64,000 bases of DNA from Octopus sinensis (lineage: Eukaryota): the NCBI RefSeq assembly GCF_006345805.1, contig NC_043002.1, positions 99,076,001 through 99,140,000 on the forward strand, given 5' to 3'. The position numbers and the translations under genes were made by a program. Under the pieces are notes generated by a model. That model was not told the origin of the DNA. It did not search any database and saw only the letters and a list, made by a program, of their open reading frames with translations. Position 1 is the stretch's first letter; each line of letters opens with the position of its first letter. Below are positions 41,501-55,816 of this stretch, piece by piece.

Positions 41501-42107
41501 AGCCGAAAGGGCGTATCTATAAACCGAAAATTTCACAAATACCTCAGCAATTTTGATGGAAGGGAGTTAATCGAATTTGTCAATCCAGTACTAGAGCAGT
41601 ACTTTATTTTATGGAACTCTGAGGTATGAAAAGCAAAGCGGGCTTCAGCGAGATTTGTATCCAGGACGTAAAAAATCCGGGACAATACCACGAGGCGTTT
41701 TGTTTGACGCTCTACCCACCACCCTAACAACTGTAAGGGTGTTGGTGTAATTGCACTGTCCTTGTAGATGTTTCTAATTTAGAAATACGTTCATCAGTCA
41801 TTTGAGTAGAGAGTGTTAGTTAATATCATTGATCTCATTTGATTAGTACTTCATTTTGTCGAATCCGAAAAGATAAATGTCAAAGTTGACATCGGCGAGA
41901 TTTGAACACAGAATGTAAAGAACCGGAACAAATAGAGTGAATCTTATTTCCCAAAGGTAAAATTGTTTCTGCAAATCCACCACCCTCTGGACTTGCCAAA
42001 AATAGTACAAGACCAACTCTGACAGAAATGGAAATGGGGCTGCAGCGGAAAATCGATTGTAATAAAACACATTTGTTTTCTTATGCGCCCTTTTCAAGCC
42101 TAGCCAG

Positions 42108-42388
42108 ACTCATTGGGTCCGATTTCCCGGTTTCTCTGGCGTATGTGTTCTCCCCAGCTGGACGGGAGGCCAGTCCATCGCAGCATTACTCAAGAAACAA
42201 GAAGAGAGAGTGAGAGAAAGTTGAGGCGAAAGAGTACAACAGGGGTCGCCATCACCCCTTGTCGGAGCCTCGTGGAGCTTTAGGTGTTTTCGCTCAATAA
42301 ACACACACAACGCCCGGTCTGGGAATCGAAACCGCGGTCTGAGGATCGCGAGTCCGCTGCCCTAACTACTGGGCCATTGCGCCTCCAC
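42108..42388 (-). mobile_element. SINE with the family C-variant head and an alternative 3' module
   Basis: First ~200 nt match the 46500-46888 copy; the remainder (GATGGACTGGCCTCCCGTCCAGCTGGGG..) differs. Confidence 0.8.
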
Positions 42389-43275
42389 AATAAAACAAAT
42401 AGGAATAATATAACGAAGTATATACCTAACATACTCACATGATTGAACGATGTACCTCTATGAAATACTCGACGCTCTAGAGATAGTAGTGAAACCACTC
42501 TGAAATCACTTACTATTTGTAAGAAAATACATCAGATAATGTGGACCTGAGTTCCTTGTACATCTGAATCAGAAGTTATGACTTGAATACCTGTGAAAAT
42601 ACTCATGTGAAGTCAGAGTTGTCAGGTAAAAATAGCAAAAAAAGGAAAAAAATGGTCTCCATATGGTTACTTGGCCTTCTAGAAATAGCAACTAAATCCA
42701 TCTTCTTTGAAGAACGGACATTACAGAGATTCTTGAAAAGTTAGTATCGTCACGGTTAGACAGCCTTTGAAAGTAAGACCGCATAGATTATGGTTGTCAT
42801 TGAGCCAAATAGCAAGAACGAGAACAACAACAGCAACAACAAAAAATATCAAAAACAACAACAGCAGACACTTGGCGTGAGAGTGAAGCATCAACAAAAC
42901 CGCTTATAGCTTTTATACACGGAATAGCAAAAGCGAAAGAAACAGTAGATAAAATTTATTGAAAAGAAAAGGAAATAAAATGGAAAAGACATATTAAAGA
43001 GTGAACTTATGTTCGAGCAAGATGTCATCCTATGACATTTCGAAAATAAATTCACGGCAGAAACAACAGATAACGAAAGAAAATAAGAAATAAAATTTGT
43101 TTTTTTAATCTTAGAAATTGCAAAAAAAAAAAAGACAAAAAAATAAACAATAAACAAAAAAGGAAAAAAGATGTCTCAATAACATTTTAGATGTCACATT
43201 ATTTCGTTGAATACAACTGGTCTGACGAGGAGATTGTAGTTGTTGCTGGTGTTGTTGTCGATGTTATTGTTGTTG

Positions 43276-43590
43276 CCCTTCTTCTTCTTCTTCTTCTTCT
43301 TCTTCTTCTTCTTCTTCTTCTTCTTCTTCTTCTTCTTCTTCCTTCTCCTCCTCCTTCTCCTCCTCCTCCTTTCTTCTTCTTCTTCTTCTTCATCTTCTTC
43401 TTCCTCCTCCTCCTCCTTCTAATCCCCCTCCTATTCTTCTTCTTCTTCTTCATCTTCTTCTTCCTTCTCCTCCTCCTTCTCCTCCTCCTCCTATTCTTCT
43501 TCTTCTCTTCTTCTTCTTCTTCATCTTCTTCTTCCTCCTCCTCCTTCTCCTCCCCCTCCTATTCTTCTTCTTCTTCTTCTTCTTCTTCTA
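43276..43590. repeat. (TTC)n/(TCC)n polypyrimidine array with a ~60-bp higher-order duplication
   Basis: Directly visible; unit repeated at about 43380-43500. Confidence 0.95.
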
Positions 43591-45040
43591 CTGTATTCTT
43601 TTTACCCCTCCCTCTTAATCCGCCTGCTTTTCTTCGTTCTCTTTATTTTTCTTCACTCCTACTTCCTTCTATTTTCCTTCTTTTCTCCTCAGCCCTTCCC
43701 TCTATTCTTCATGTTCATCTATATGTTCATTTATCGCTTTCCCGTCAACTTGTTAGCCGAACGTATCTGCATTGAAATTCAGTGAAAACCATTTAATGCT
43801 TTGTGTTTTGTGTCACTACCACGCCCAACAAACTCAGACCATATGGATGTAAAGGCATACAATATCAAAGTCATCGTCCAGAGCACCACATAATTGGTGA
43901 GTTCAAAAATCCATCTTTAGCTATAGCAGAGAAATGGATAACGGCCACCATGTTTATTTTAATGAAGATTTTATGTCTTCAACATTGCTTTGAATCCCCA
44001 CACCTACAACTTCACAATGTTTCGTATCCTGAGTTTCTGAAATAACAGCTAAGTCTGCAATGAATTATACCCTAAGATCTTGAAATAAGAAGGACGGATT
44101 GGCCAATGTAGTTCGAGATATGTAATGTCCGAGGAAAGAGTGTGTGAAGTCATGGCGGGAGTGGCTTTCATCATAAGTGTGTTCTGTCTGTTTGAATGTT
44201 ATTAGTCTAAACACAAGCAGCGAAACGAAGAGCTGTATCCGGTGTAAAAGAAATGAAGAACTCATAGCATAATATAGTTCTAGAGATACTCACTCAAAAA
44301 ACTACTACTGCTACTACTAGTTTGTTGTCTTGGCCTCCCTCTGATTCGCTTCCTCCTCTACATCCTCTTTTTAAATGTTGATATATTATATGAGTATCAT
44401 GGTAGATTAACTACCCCACTATTTACCATTCTCTTTTTCTGAAATCATTACAGGTGTATGTAGTTCAAGAAGCTAGAGATATAATCGTCACATTAGGCTG
44501 TCGTGTTCCAGCCTGGTCTCGTACTTATCTGTAATTCGTAGCTATTTAGAATATATATTTGTCTGAATGTGAGTCTTTAGTTAGTTTATCACCATTTCGC
44601 TATCATGCAGAGTTCATTTTTAAGTAAGTTAAAAGAAGATAAAGGAAAAAAATCTTGTCTGCGCACAATAGCAAGGCTATTGAATGCTTTACAATTTCGA
44701 AATGTAGGAAATTTTCCCCGTCCACAGCCATAGTGAAAGACATCACAAAGCGGTAGCAACATTTAGTTTCAACGATTCTAGAGTCGTCTGTTTTGTTAAA
44801 TAACAGAGTTTATAAATTCTGAATACGTCTAATTCATGGTTTTGTCTCCTTTGTAGAAATATCATTGTATAATAACAAGAAATGCGATGTCCTCAATATG
44901 TATACATGTATACATACAAACGCAAACAAGCCATAGACAGACGTGCGTGCGCGAAACGCTCCCACACAGGCACACACACACACACACAAACACAGGTATG
45001 AGAGCTGTACCCAAAGTAATAGAACAGTTTGAACAGGTTA

Positions 45041-45988
45041 CTGTGGTTAGGCAAAAAGTTCTGTCGCTCTCTTAACGAAAAATGAAACATATTTAAAATA
45101 TAAAGCTATTTATTCAATCAATGGTATAAGTGCTCTTTTAGTTTCAGTATCTTCAACCGTCTTATGAGCAGATCCATTATTCCCTGCTGAAAGAGTGTCC
45201 TGTCTTTACTGACGATGAACTTTTCCAGTTTAATTTTTACATTCTCTTCTGAACTAAAGGTCTGTACATTCAATGAATATTGAAGAGGCTGAAACAAGTG
45301 GAAATCTGAAGCCTCAAGATCAGACGAATATGGAATATGAAGCAAAATTTCCCACTCTAGTCCCATTTACGTCTGCCACGATTACAAATAAGTGTGCAGC
45401 CCGGTATTGTATTGTCGTGACAAAATACAATGTATTTACGACTAGCAAGATGGTGAACGCTTCTTATTGATCATTGTGCTTAAATTGCCCAGTTGGTGAT
45501 AGTGCCCAACCGAATTGGTGGTCCTCTTCTTGGTAAGATGCTCGTAAAAATACATCAACCCGCCAATACTTTCCTTAAATAAAGCCTTGCTTTGGAGTTT
45601 CTTTGTGGTGGTTCACCGCACTTCTCCCATCATTTTTTGTGCTCCACATTGTTATAGACGATCCGTACTTTGTCTCCTCTCAACATTCTCTTCAAAAGAG
45701 TATCATTTTCTTTATATTTCAGTAACTAGTCGCAGATTGACACTCGGTGGGCCATGTTTTCATCATTTAATTTATGTGGAACTCAGACATCGAACCTGCT
45801 GGTGCACCTAATTTCACGCAAATAGTTTTCAACATTGCTTTTTTTAAGATAAAAAGAAACGTAAGTGGGCGGTTTTAATCATACAAAATAAAACTTGTGT
45901 CATCACAAGTTCGGCTTCAACTACGTTGGCGTGTCAGGTATCTAACTAGTGTGCATGCGCAAAGGAAAAAAAGGGAACAAACCCAATA
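45041..45988 (-). mobile_element. Decayed mariner (Hsmar1/cecropia-like motifs)
   Basis: ORF 45118-45366 LEWEILLHIPYSSDLEASDFHLF (YSPDLAPSD motif); upstream VPHKL..RVSICD. TIR-like CTGTGGTTAGGCAAAAAGTT after TA at 45039-45040. The 5' limit is approximate. Confidence 0.75.
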
Positions 45989-46499
45989 TTGTTTTTAGAT
46001 GATACAGGTCGTTCAGACTGCATATGCTTGAAGAACAACTCTTCATCTACATTAACTCGTCTTCCTGTCCTTCGTTACAGGCAAATATTGAGTTCTAAAT
46101 AGAAGCAACGTGTCATCGATGAATTCTTGTCGAAGAAGTGGTGCAGTCTGCTTGATGTTTGCAGTAGAGTATCTGTTATTTAGAAGAGGCCATTGATGTG
46201 ATTATTGTTCATACATACATGACGTTTCAAGACGAGGACATCCAATAACAAAATCCTCCCAATAACCATGAAATAAGCGTTTGAAAACCTCACTTTTTAA
46301 AATATTTACTTTGGCTTAATTTCATCTCATTGCGTTCTGACCCCACAACTTAACGCATTAGACATTGAATTCCATCCCTCCGAGGCTGGTAAAATTAGCG
46401 TCAGTCAAATACTGCCATAGATCCATCTGGTACAACTCTCTCTCTCTCTCATAAACATCTGCATTTAGGGGAACAGAGAAATAAATATTTCTAAGGTAT

Positions 46500-46888
46500 G
46501 GATGGAAGCACTCCGTCGGTTACGACGACGAGGGTTCCGGGTGATCCGAATCAACGGAACAGCCTGCTCGTGAAATTAACGTGTAAGTGGCTGAGCACTC
46601 CACAGACACGTGTACCCTTAACGTAGTTCTCGGGGATATTTAGCGTGACACAGAGAGTGACAAGGCCGGCCCTTTAAAATACAGGTACAACAGAAACAGG
46701 AAGTAAGAGTGAGAGAAAGTTGTGGTGAAAGAGTACAGCAGGGATCACCACCATCCCCTGCCGGAGCCTCGTGGAACTTTTAGGTGTTTTCGCTCAATAA
46801 ACACTCACAACGCCCGGTCTGGGAATCGAAACTGCGATCCTACGACCGCGAGTCCGCTGCCCTAACCACTGGGCCATTGCGCCTCCAC
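46500..46888 (-). mobile_element. SINE family C, full length
   Basis: A box TGGCCCAGTGG, B-box-like GTTTCGATTCC. 13-bp TSD ATTTCTAAGGTAT at 46487-46499 and 46889-46901. Confidence 0.9.
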
Positions 46889-49047
46889 ATTTCTAAGGTA
46901 TACACATGAGCTCACGTTGCACAGTAAGATGTTTGACTGGTGTTTAATTCCCCAATATCAGAACGATGAAAGTTAAAGATGACACCGGTGGAAATGTGTA
47001 CGGTAATCATGATAACAGCTGTTTCTAAAATAAGCACGAAGTCAAAAATTTCTGGTTGGCTAAGAAACTGGAATTTCTTAATCGTCACTATATTAATTGA
47101 AGTATTGAACAGGTAATATATTTCATTGACCATATGAGGATGAACAATAAAGTTGACCTCGACGGGATTTAAAATAAGAAAACAAAAATCACCGCGGGAA
47201 ATATCTGCAAGCATATTCCCTCACGCTCTAACAATTCTGCCAATACATCGTCCTTAGTATTGATTTCTTACGCGTGCACAAGACTAGATATTTGGGGAAA
47301 GAATTAACTGGAAAAATTGAGCTCATATCTTCAAACTAATGATTTATACTATCTTTCTCTGAATTTTGAAAACCAAAGCTGTTTGAGGAAAAATAGTAAT
47401 AATTATGATAATAATAACTATTTCTAATTTAGGCACAAAACTAGCAATTTTTTATAGGGGAGTGTTAATTACTACTATCGAACCAAGTAACTTATTTTAT
47501 CAATCCAGAAGGGATAAATGGCAATTGGTTTATTTCTCTCATCATTACAGATATTACAACTAATAATACTATCACCAATAAATGAATCATTCGTTGTTGG
47601 ATCATCAGAGAACTACATCTGTTTGAACACACACAATCCACAGCAAATATCATTAGCTTACAGTAATGTCTTCTCTCTAAGATCTACTTACCATTTATAT
47701 ATTACTCTGAAGAATATTCTTTCTAATCTTTTGTGAAGTAATTTCATTAAAATGAGATATTAACTGTTTCCTGCAGATTCCTAATTAACCGAATTTTTAA
47801 TTACCATTTTAAACATGGATTGAACAGATCCACGAATAGTAAAATAATATTTATTGTGGAATAGCATTTATATAAATGTCAGATAAATTGCACCAAAAAT
47901 AAAATATAGAAACGTTAAGAATATATTCGGTTGATTAACCTGATTTCCACATTGTAGATTTATTCGTAAAAAAGCAAATGAAAAATGAAATTCTTGTAAA
48001 GCAAATAACTGAATAGATCTTGAACGTACGAAATTGTTGTTATAAACGTATCGGAGAAGGAATGTAACAAGAGCGATGAAATTCAAAAGTAGATGTCCAC
48101 CTATAATTAATAAGGAATCTTCTTCTTGTGTATTTTGTGCTTAAATGCAGCCGAGCAGCACCACTATGGTGCGAAAGGCAAGATAAACGTTATGGGACAA
48201 AATTGGAATAGACAGGCGGAAAAAAACTCGGGTATATATATATATACATATATATATATATAGACAGCTTTCGTTGCCTTATATCATTTCCCCTTGATGT
48301 ACGTACATAACATATGTATGTATATACAGGAAGATAGCATAAAGCATACATACATACATACATATATATATGTATATATATATAGCTGTTTGAGTGTGTA
48401 TGTATATAAATATGTATCTATCTATCTACATCTCTATCTCCCTCTTTCTCACTCTATACTTACATATATATATATTTATGCATGTATGTATTTATGTATG
48501 TATGTATGCGTTATGCTATCTTCCTGTATATACATACATATGCTATGTATGTATGTATGTATGTATGTATATCAAGGGGGAAAGATATAAGGCAACAAAA
48601 GCTGTCTATATACTTCCTTTTCTTATCATACCTGAATTATTCCATGTCTTTTCTCTGACGGTCTGAAGGACCAGAAGCATATTTGCTAATCTGAGCCAAG
48701 TTAATTTGGAGTTTTACTTTATTCCCAGTTGTTGTTGAAACTGCGAGATGACAGCCTGCCTTTGGATATAACTCTAGTTTGTAATATCGACAACAGATTC
48801 TCTAGTTTAACCTGTATATCAAATATTTACTTTATCGGTTTTCCGTTGGATGGAAAGCTAAATTACTCTGGAGTTAATAATTAATCTCTAAACAATCAAA
48901 TATCATTCGCTGCTAGAGGTCTTGTATATAACCTGCTTCCTTTCGAAGATTTTATGAGTGTCAGCGATTAACCATTCCTACAAGAAATGCAGTTGAGTAA
49001 ATCTCACATACGCATACACCCCCACACCCCCACCCATGTACATATAT

Positions 49048-49440
49048 TCTTTTATACTTTTATTTGTTTCAGCCGACTGCGGCCACGCTTGAGCACCGCC
49101 TTCAGTCGAGCAAATCGACCCCATGAGTTATTCTTTGTAAGCCTAGTACTTATTCTATCGGTCTCTCTTGCCGAACAGCTAAGTGACGGGTACAAGCGAT
49201 GTTGGGGTGACAAACACAGATACACAAAAGTATACACACAAACACACACACACACATGGACTTCTTTGAGTTTCCGTCTACCAAATCCACTTTGGTCGGC
49301 CCGAGGCTATAATAGAAGACACTCGTACAAGGTGTCACACACACATACACATACACACACACACACATATATTATATATATATATATTCTATAAGTAGCT
49401 CTCTGGTAAGATCTACTTACCACAGAACCACTCCTGCGCC
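49048..49440 (-). mobile_element. SINE family A, head region disrupted by a microsatellite
   Basis: Tail and body at 49048-49337; head remnant CTACTTACCAC..CCACTCCTGCGCC at about 49412-49440. Confidence 0.75.
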
Positions 49441-49498
49441 TATATATATATATATATATATATATATAGGAAAAAATGTATGTATATATATGTATTAT

Positions 49499-49533
<35 letters not shown>

Positions 49534-49579
49534 AAAAAATGTATGTATATATATGTATTATTATTATTATTATTATTAT

Positions 49580-49640
<61 letters not shown>

Positions 49641-50019
49641 TATATACCTACATCTACATACATTTATATCTATCTTTATATACATACATATATACACACA
49701 CACACGCACGCACGCACACATATAGTGATAGAACGTTGGAGTAATGATTGAAGATTTGTCGACACGTATCCTCTAGCTATCACCTAACATGTTTAGAAGT
49801 TTGTATATAACCTAATATGCATATAACCTAACGAGTGGTATGTGCTATGTTGATGAGAAAGAAAAAAGAAACGACTCCATTTTCTTATCACATCACCTCC
49901 CTCAGCACCACTTTTATTGCAAACGATACCATCATCACCACCGAACCGACACCAAACTTGCAACTATAGCTAACATCATTACTACAACTACTACTACTGC
50001 TACTACTACTGCTACTACA

Positions 50020-50080
<61 letters not shown>

Positions 50081-50249
50081 TAAATTTCAACCAACCCAAA
50101 TGAGATAAAGATGACAACGTGTATCTGATATCAAATTTGTAAGAATAAGTGCCTCTTACATGCAGAATCTATATATTCAAGATATTCAAGGTATTATGAA
50201 TAATCATGAACAAATAGTCAACCTATCGTCTAAATATCAGGAGATATCT

Positions 50250-50760
50250 TCAGGCAATTGTCACTGATATCTTATAGAAAAATTTAGCAAGCATTTCTTT
50301 ATATTCACTCCAAAAATATGACATGAGGACACTTTTCAAGAGTAATACTACACTTCCCAAATATCTCCTTCGAATAAAACCACTAATATAAGAGAATATG
50401 ACCAAAGACTGCGTATACTCCATCCCATGCAGCTGTGGAAGTTTATACAAAGGAGAAACATGCCACCCTCTCAAAATAAGGTTAGATGAATATCGCAAAG
50501 CTGTGACACGAGGAAATATTGGTAAATCGAGTATAGCTGATCACGTATGGAAAAATGGTGACTCCTACCCCTGTGGTATGAAGTTAAAATAATAGACAGA
50601 GAACACACCTGGAAATACGAAAACTAAAAGAAGCAGCATATATGCTCGAGCACAGCAACCTCCTAAGCAGACCGAAGGCAGATATGAGTAGCATATGGGA
50701 GCCGGTATTCAAGAATGATAGGAAAATATTGGATTTATCAGTCCTAATATTCACTCCATA
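50250..50760 (+). mobile_element. Penelope-like element 3' end (GIY-YIG endonuclease), decayed
   Basis: QKYDMRTLFKSNTTL..NMTKDCVYSIPCSCGSLYKGET..LKIRLDEYRK..SSIADHVW..IIDREH..KLKEAA..IWEP. Confidence 0.85.
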
Positions 50761-50769
50761 ATTGCCAAC

Positions 50770-50993
50770 AGGCATATAGCGTGGTGGTTAAGAGCGCGCG
50801 CTTCTAATTCCAAGATTCCGAGTTCAATTCCAAGCAGTGACCTGAATAATAATAAGAACAACAACAACAACATCGAAAAATGCCTTAGGAATGAGAACCC
50901 AGGTTCGAAATTTCCCTAAGGCACCTAATGAAGGCTGGAGGGTATATCACCTGAAATAAGATGAGAACAAATATCCGTCAAATGTAAATAATT
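50770..50993 (+). mobile_element. SINE family D, second copy (stem III of the hammerhead region deleted)
   Basis: Colinear with 39391-39668, including GGCAC-CTAATGA-A-GGCTGGAGGGTATATCACCT-GAAA. Confidence 0.75.
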
Positions 50994-51150
50994 CAGTGTT
51001 TTGCATTCCATTATATTAACTTATTTCATGTTAAACATAGGCAACCTTTTTCGTGATAAATTTTCGTTAGGCGTGCCATTCAGAAAGTCCAGCGGACCGC
51101 AGGTTGCCCATGACTGCTTCATGTGATATCTATTTAATCAGAGATACCTA

Positions 51151-52045
51151 CGGAGTGAAGAGTAAGTAGACATTAAAACTTGGTAATAAATCCACATTCC
51201 TTTTACAAATTTATTGAAACAGGTGATACATGTTCTTTATTACATGTGCAAATGAAAGTAAATCTTCATATTTCAACGTAAGCACCGGTGGCATCATCCA
51301 GTTTCGTCAAACGGCCAAGGATGGAATGAACAAACTCCTGAAGGACGTCGCCTGGGGTATCCTTGAGAACTTCCTGAATCCGTGTCTCCAAGTCCTCTGG
51401 TGTGCGAGGTTTGGTCTTGATCTTGTACATCTCCTCTTTTGTGTAACTGCACAGGTAAAAATCACATGGAGTGAGATCCGGACTTCTTTGAGTTCTGGAG
51501 TTCTAGATTTCTGCGGTCACAGTCTTCAGGTTTTCGATCCTGAATCCGTGGTTTTCCACTGACGAAGATTCAATTCTTTATGCAAATCCGTACGTATTAT
51601 GTATCTTGTTAGTCCACTTGCACGAATTTCTTGACGCGCTGATTTATGCAAGCTGCAATTAAAGATTCCCTGCACTGTTGCCACGTTCTCCACTGATCGG
51701 GATGTGATATGACGGCCACTTCTTGTAACGTTCACAGAGCCCGTTGTCATCAACTTTACGTAATAAGTTTTATTGCCGCTGGACTTTGTGTTACATGCTT
51801 ACTTTTCCATGCACGCCATCATCTCTGAATCAAAACAATGGAATTCCCCACTGCATAGCGTGCTGCCTCCTGAACAGTCAAGCGATCGGCCATTTGGAAA
51901 ATAAAGTATAAGAAATAAGACAATAAGACAATTTTGAACATCCCCATTAATATTGTCTGTTTAAAAAACGGTTTCGTCATGACTTCACTGATACTGCAAA
52001 TTGTATAAACAATTTTTAATGTTCAGTTACTTTCCACTCACACTG
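51151..52045 (-). mobile_element. Internally deleted Tc1/mariner-superfamily element with diverged TIRs
   Basis: ORF 51526-51753 TGSV..RSGR..SRSVENVA.V..KSARQ (HTH region). TIR-like ends at 51151-51190 and 52003-52045 share AAGTA..ACATTAAAA.TTG. Confidence 0.7.
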
Positions 52046-52369
52046 AAGATAAGAGAAAAACCATACATTAATACTGAAGTGTATTCCCCTTTGAAGGTAC
52101 CGATTCTCACCCCACCAATGATTTAAAATACAAAAGCAATTTATGCATTTATAGCCTTTGTTTTTAATTGGTAATTATCCGAGAACATTTTTGTTGCTGT
52201 TTTTATCTGGTTTCTTTTGTCTTTAGTTTTTCTTCTATTGACCCAAAATGCATTGATTGCTCGCCAATCGGATAATTCAAATATAACTAAGAGATCAGTA
52301 AAAGCTATCAGATGTATCCCAGTAAATATTAAGAGAACCTTATGAATAAACATTGACGCATTATAATCC

Positions 52370-52570
52370 TTTCTACTATAGGCACAAGGCCTGAAATTTT
52401 GGGGAGGGGTCCGGTCGATTACACCAATCTCAGTACTCAACTAGTACTTAATTTATCGACCCCGAAATGATGAAAGGCAAAGTCGACCTCGGCGGAATTC
52501 GAACTCAGAACGGAGCGGTAGACGAAATACCGCTAAGCATTTCGCCCGGCGAGCTAAACATTCTGCCATG
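52370..52570 (-). mobile_element. SINE family B
   Basis: Central domain GATGAAAGGCAAAGTCGACCTCGGCGGAATT and head remnant. Confidence 0.8.
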
Positions 52571-52619
52571 TCGCCAACAAGTGCTGTCTGTATGGCCGCT
52601 CGACCTTCTAGAAATAGTA

Positions 52620-53090
52620 GCCATATGTTTAAATTTATATGTTTTAAATTTGTACGCTTTGAGGTCAATGCATGTCCCGCAATTCGAGCAGCCACGCGGC
52701 CCTACTGTTGATTTTTGAGGGATTTTCATTGCCATTTGCTCTTGACTGTTTTGTGTATTTTGAATGATTGTTTTATTCATGGGTCTTGAAATGATCTGGT
52801 GGATAATGTAAACCGCTGCATTTTATTTTGGGTTGTGTCTTGTAATAACTGGTAGAATATTGGGATTATCTGAAGAGCTATTTTAGTCGCTGTAGTTCTT
52901 TAATATCCATTGCTTTGGCACTTTCTATTACCTTATTTGTTAACGTTGCTGGATTTTGTATTTCAAGTATAATTTGCTTTAATTCCTGGACTTCTTTATT
53001 TCGAGGTTCATAATTTGAAACAGTTATGCAGATTCTTCTTGCTAGATTAAATGAAATATTAATAAACACTGGTCACCGAAAATAAACTTT
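52620..53090 (-). mobile_element. Penelope-like RT thumb/linker remnant
   Basis: NISFNLARRICITVS..KEVQELKQI..IESAKAMDIKELQ, followed by a GCSNCGTC Cys motif. Confidence 0.7.
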
Positions 53091-54889
53091 ATTTTTTCAC
53101 CAGAGCCTTCTGAAAACGCACTTCGGACGCCGACTCTAAATCTGTCTCATAGCTCGTTTTCCCCAGCACGTCTAGACAATGAAATGTGCCGGTTTTATTT
53201 TTCCCAGATTATCAATATACAAGGTGTATTAAATAACATTTCATATAAAATTCATACTTTTGATTAATCTAAAGATAATTAATTCCAATGTAATTTTTAC
53301 ACGATTGATCAAATTAGATACACATGTAATTGAAGAATGTACATCATACTGTCTCGTAATGTGTTATGAGTATTATTTTATCATATAAATTTCGTCTGGA
53401 TCATTGTGATATAGCATCGAACAGTAGCCAGCCATCGTGCCTCCATCCAAAAATGCGTAGAACCTGGATTTCATTCCAAGAGTTTGCTGATTCAATCCTT
53501 TTTAACTTTATCCCGTTAAGATTGTCTGAAAAGAAATCTTGACAATATAATGTAGAAAGCGTATGTTTCACAATGTCTGCCAACCGACTTTCTTTATAGA
53601 TATGAAGGAGCCTCCAACTGCACGTCGATATGCAGTTGATTTATTATTTCTTAGAATGTTTTTGCATAAATATTTAAAAGTCATCCAAGATTTTGTTAAA
53701 ATAAAACACCATTAAATAGCTCTCAGGTTTGTAGCTTCCCCAAAGGTTTTCTCTTTAACTTTCCTACACTTATATTTTTAATACTGCAATCGTCATGATT
53801 TGACTTTATCCTTTTATTCTTTCATTCTCTTATTTGTTTCAGGCATTGCATTGCAGCTATGTCAGAACACTACCTTGAAGTGCTTTGTCGATCAAATAGA
53901 ACCTAGTATCTACTTTTATGTCTGGTATTAATTTTATTGAGCTATTTCGCCGAACCGCTAGATTACGGGAATTCAAACGAATAAACACATTTCCGATTAA
54001 AGGGAGGGACAAAGACACGCACACATATACATATCTACATAAGATACAGGGATTCCGCACACTTTCCGTCGGCCAAATATACTCTTAATGCAAGAGTCGG
54101 CTCGGGGTTATTTTAGAAGACTTTTACCCAATGTTTCAGGGAGTAGAGCTTAATCCAAAGTCTATTTGGTTATGAAACATATTCCTTAATGATACGGAGA
54201 TGTCTTTGCTTTAATTTAGCAACATTTTTGATTTCACGGATTTAAATGTGGAGAGATGGTAAACATGTTTTCTCGGGATCAACAAAAGAGGACTTGACAC
54301 TGCCCCAAGTCTGAGACATATGTTGACAAAATGACCGTTTCCGTTGAATATAGAAGCCCATGGAAATATGCCTGTCCCACGGGGTTATGAAACAACACTT
54401 TGCAAATCCGTCTTTCATGATATTAGCATACGATTAACTTTTAAATCTCCACAAAAGCTCTAGAACACTGTACTGAATAAGACTAAGTAGTATATCATTT
54501 TATCATATGTTCTGTTTGGATTGACAGAATGGACAATGGGAATGAGTTCATTTTTACATTTCCGTTATGCAACAGACTCGCGTTCAAGCTTCACGCTGAT
54601 TAATCAACGGATTTGTACTATTCAGGTGCTAATATGAGTATGAAATAAGTTTGTGAAGAGTTCAGTGATTTTGGTTTTAATAACAGAGTGGACCATCTAA
54701 TATAAAAATAGTGCCAATTAATATTTCGTTTGCGAAATATCAATTTCGCTGATTTTGCCTGAGGATTATGTTAAGAGTACACGTAACTGTGGAGCCTGTT
54801 CGCTCTTACAAGCTAATTCAACGACTCGATAGTTTAGTTGAGCGAACAATTGGAATATTCATGGCAGAAAGAGACATAAATCTATTGCT

Positions 54890-54920
<31 letters not shown>

Positions 54921-55816
54921 CAATCTCATACTCTTCTCTCTCCCTCATTCTCTCTTTCTATGCACACACACACACACACACGTACACAAACACGCACACA
55001 CATACAGACATACATATATACATGCATACCTACCTACATATGTACATATAAACAAATATGCACACATACGCATATACGTATCAATAAATTGCTCTATACA
55101 GTGTTTGCCGCAAGCATAAGTAGCGTATTTGAGATATCTGTCAATTTGCTGAACCATTTACCTCTTCTTTAACAATTAAGAGTCTAATAATTGATGTCCA
55201 ACCAAAGTGACATATGTTCTAAATTATCTCTTCCTTTCCTTTCAAACACGCCTGACTCCCCATTCGCCCTCTTCATTTCCATCTCACTCTTGTTTTTTCT
55301 CCTTTTACCTCATACTGCTCCCCCCCCCCTTACTCTTCATCCACCTCACCGAGAAACACTCTGCTCGACAGTTTTTTCTGTCATTAGCTGGGATGTGATT
55401 TTCTTCTATTTTCTGGCTGGGTGAACATCTATGAAAAAGTAAAAAAAATGGTAAGAGTGGTGGAGTAGCAAAAAAATGAAATGTACTACAAAAAATGATT
55501 TAATGATCTAATTAATTTTTCTCCTCGTTGTACAATGTGAAATGAAAATACCTTGTCCAAGGACTTAATGCAGATATCATATCCAGGAATTGAACCCATA
55601 ATCCTATAATCAGGGAGTCGACACTTAAAACATTAGGCTTTGCACTATCAAACTATTTCTAATAGTTACTCAAATAACTGAAAAATCTCATTCTACATAG
55701 TTGCTTAGAGTAATAAAAGCGACACCACGCACAAGACCCTAAATCCGTGACCACCCAATAAAATATTAAACAATAGAGATGAGTGACAAAATAGCAATTC
55801 TCTACACACACACCTA

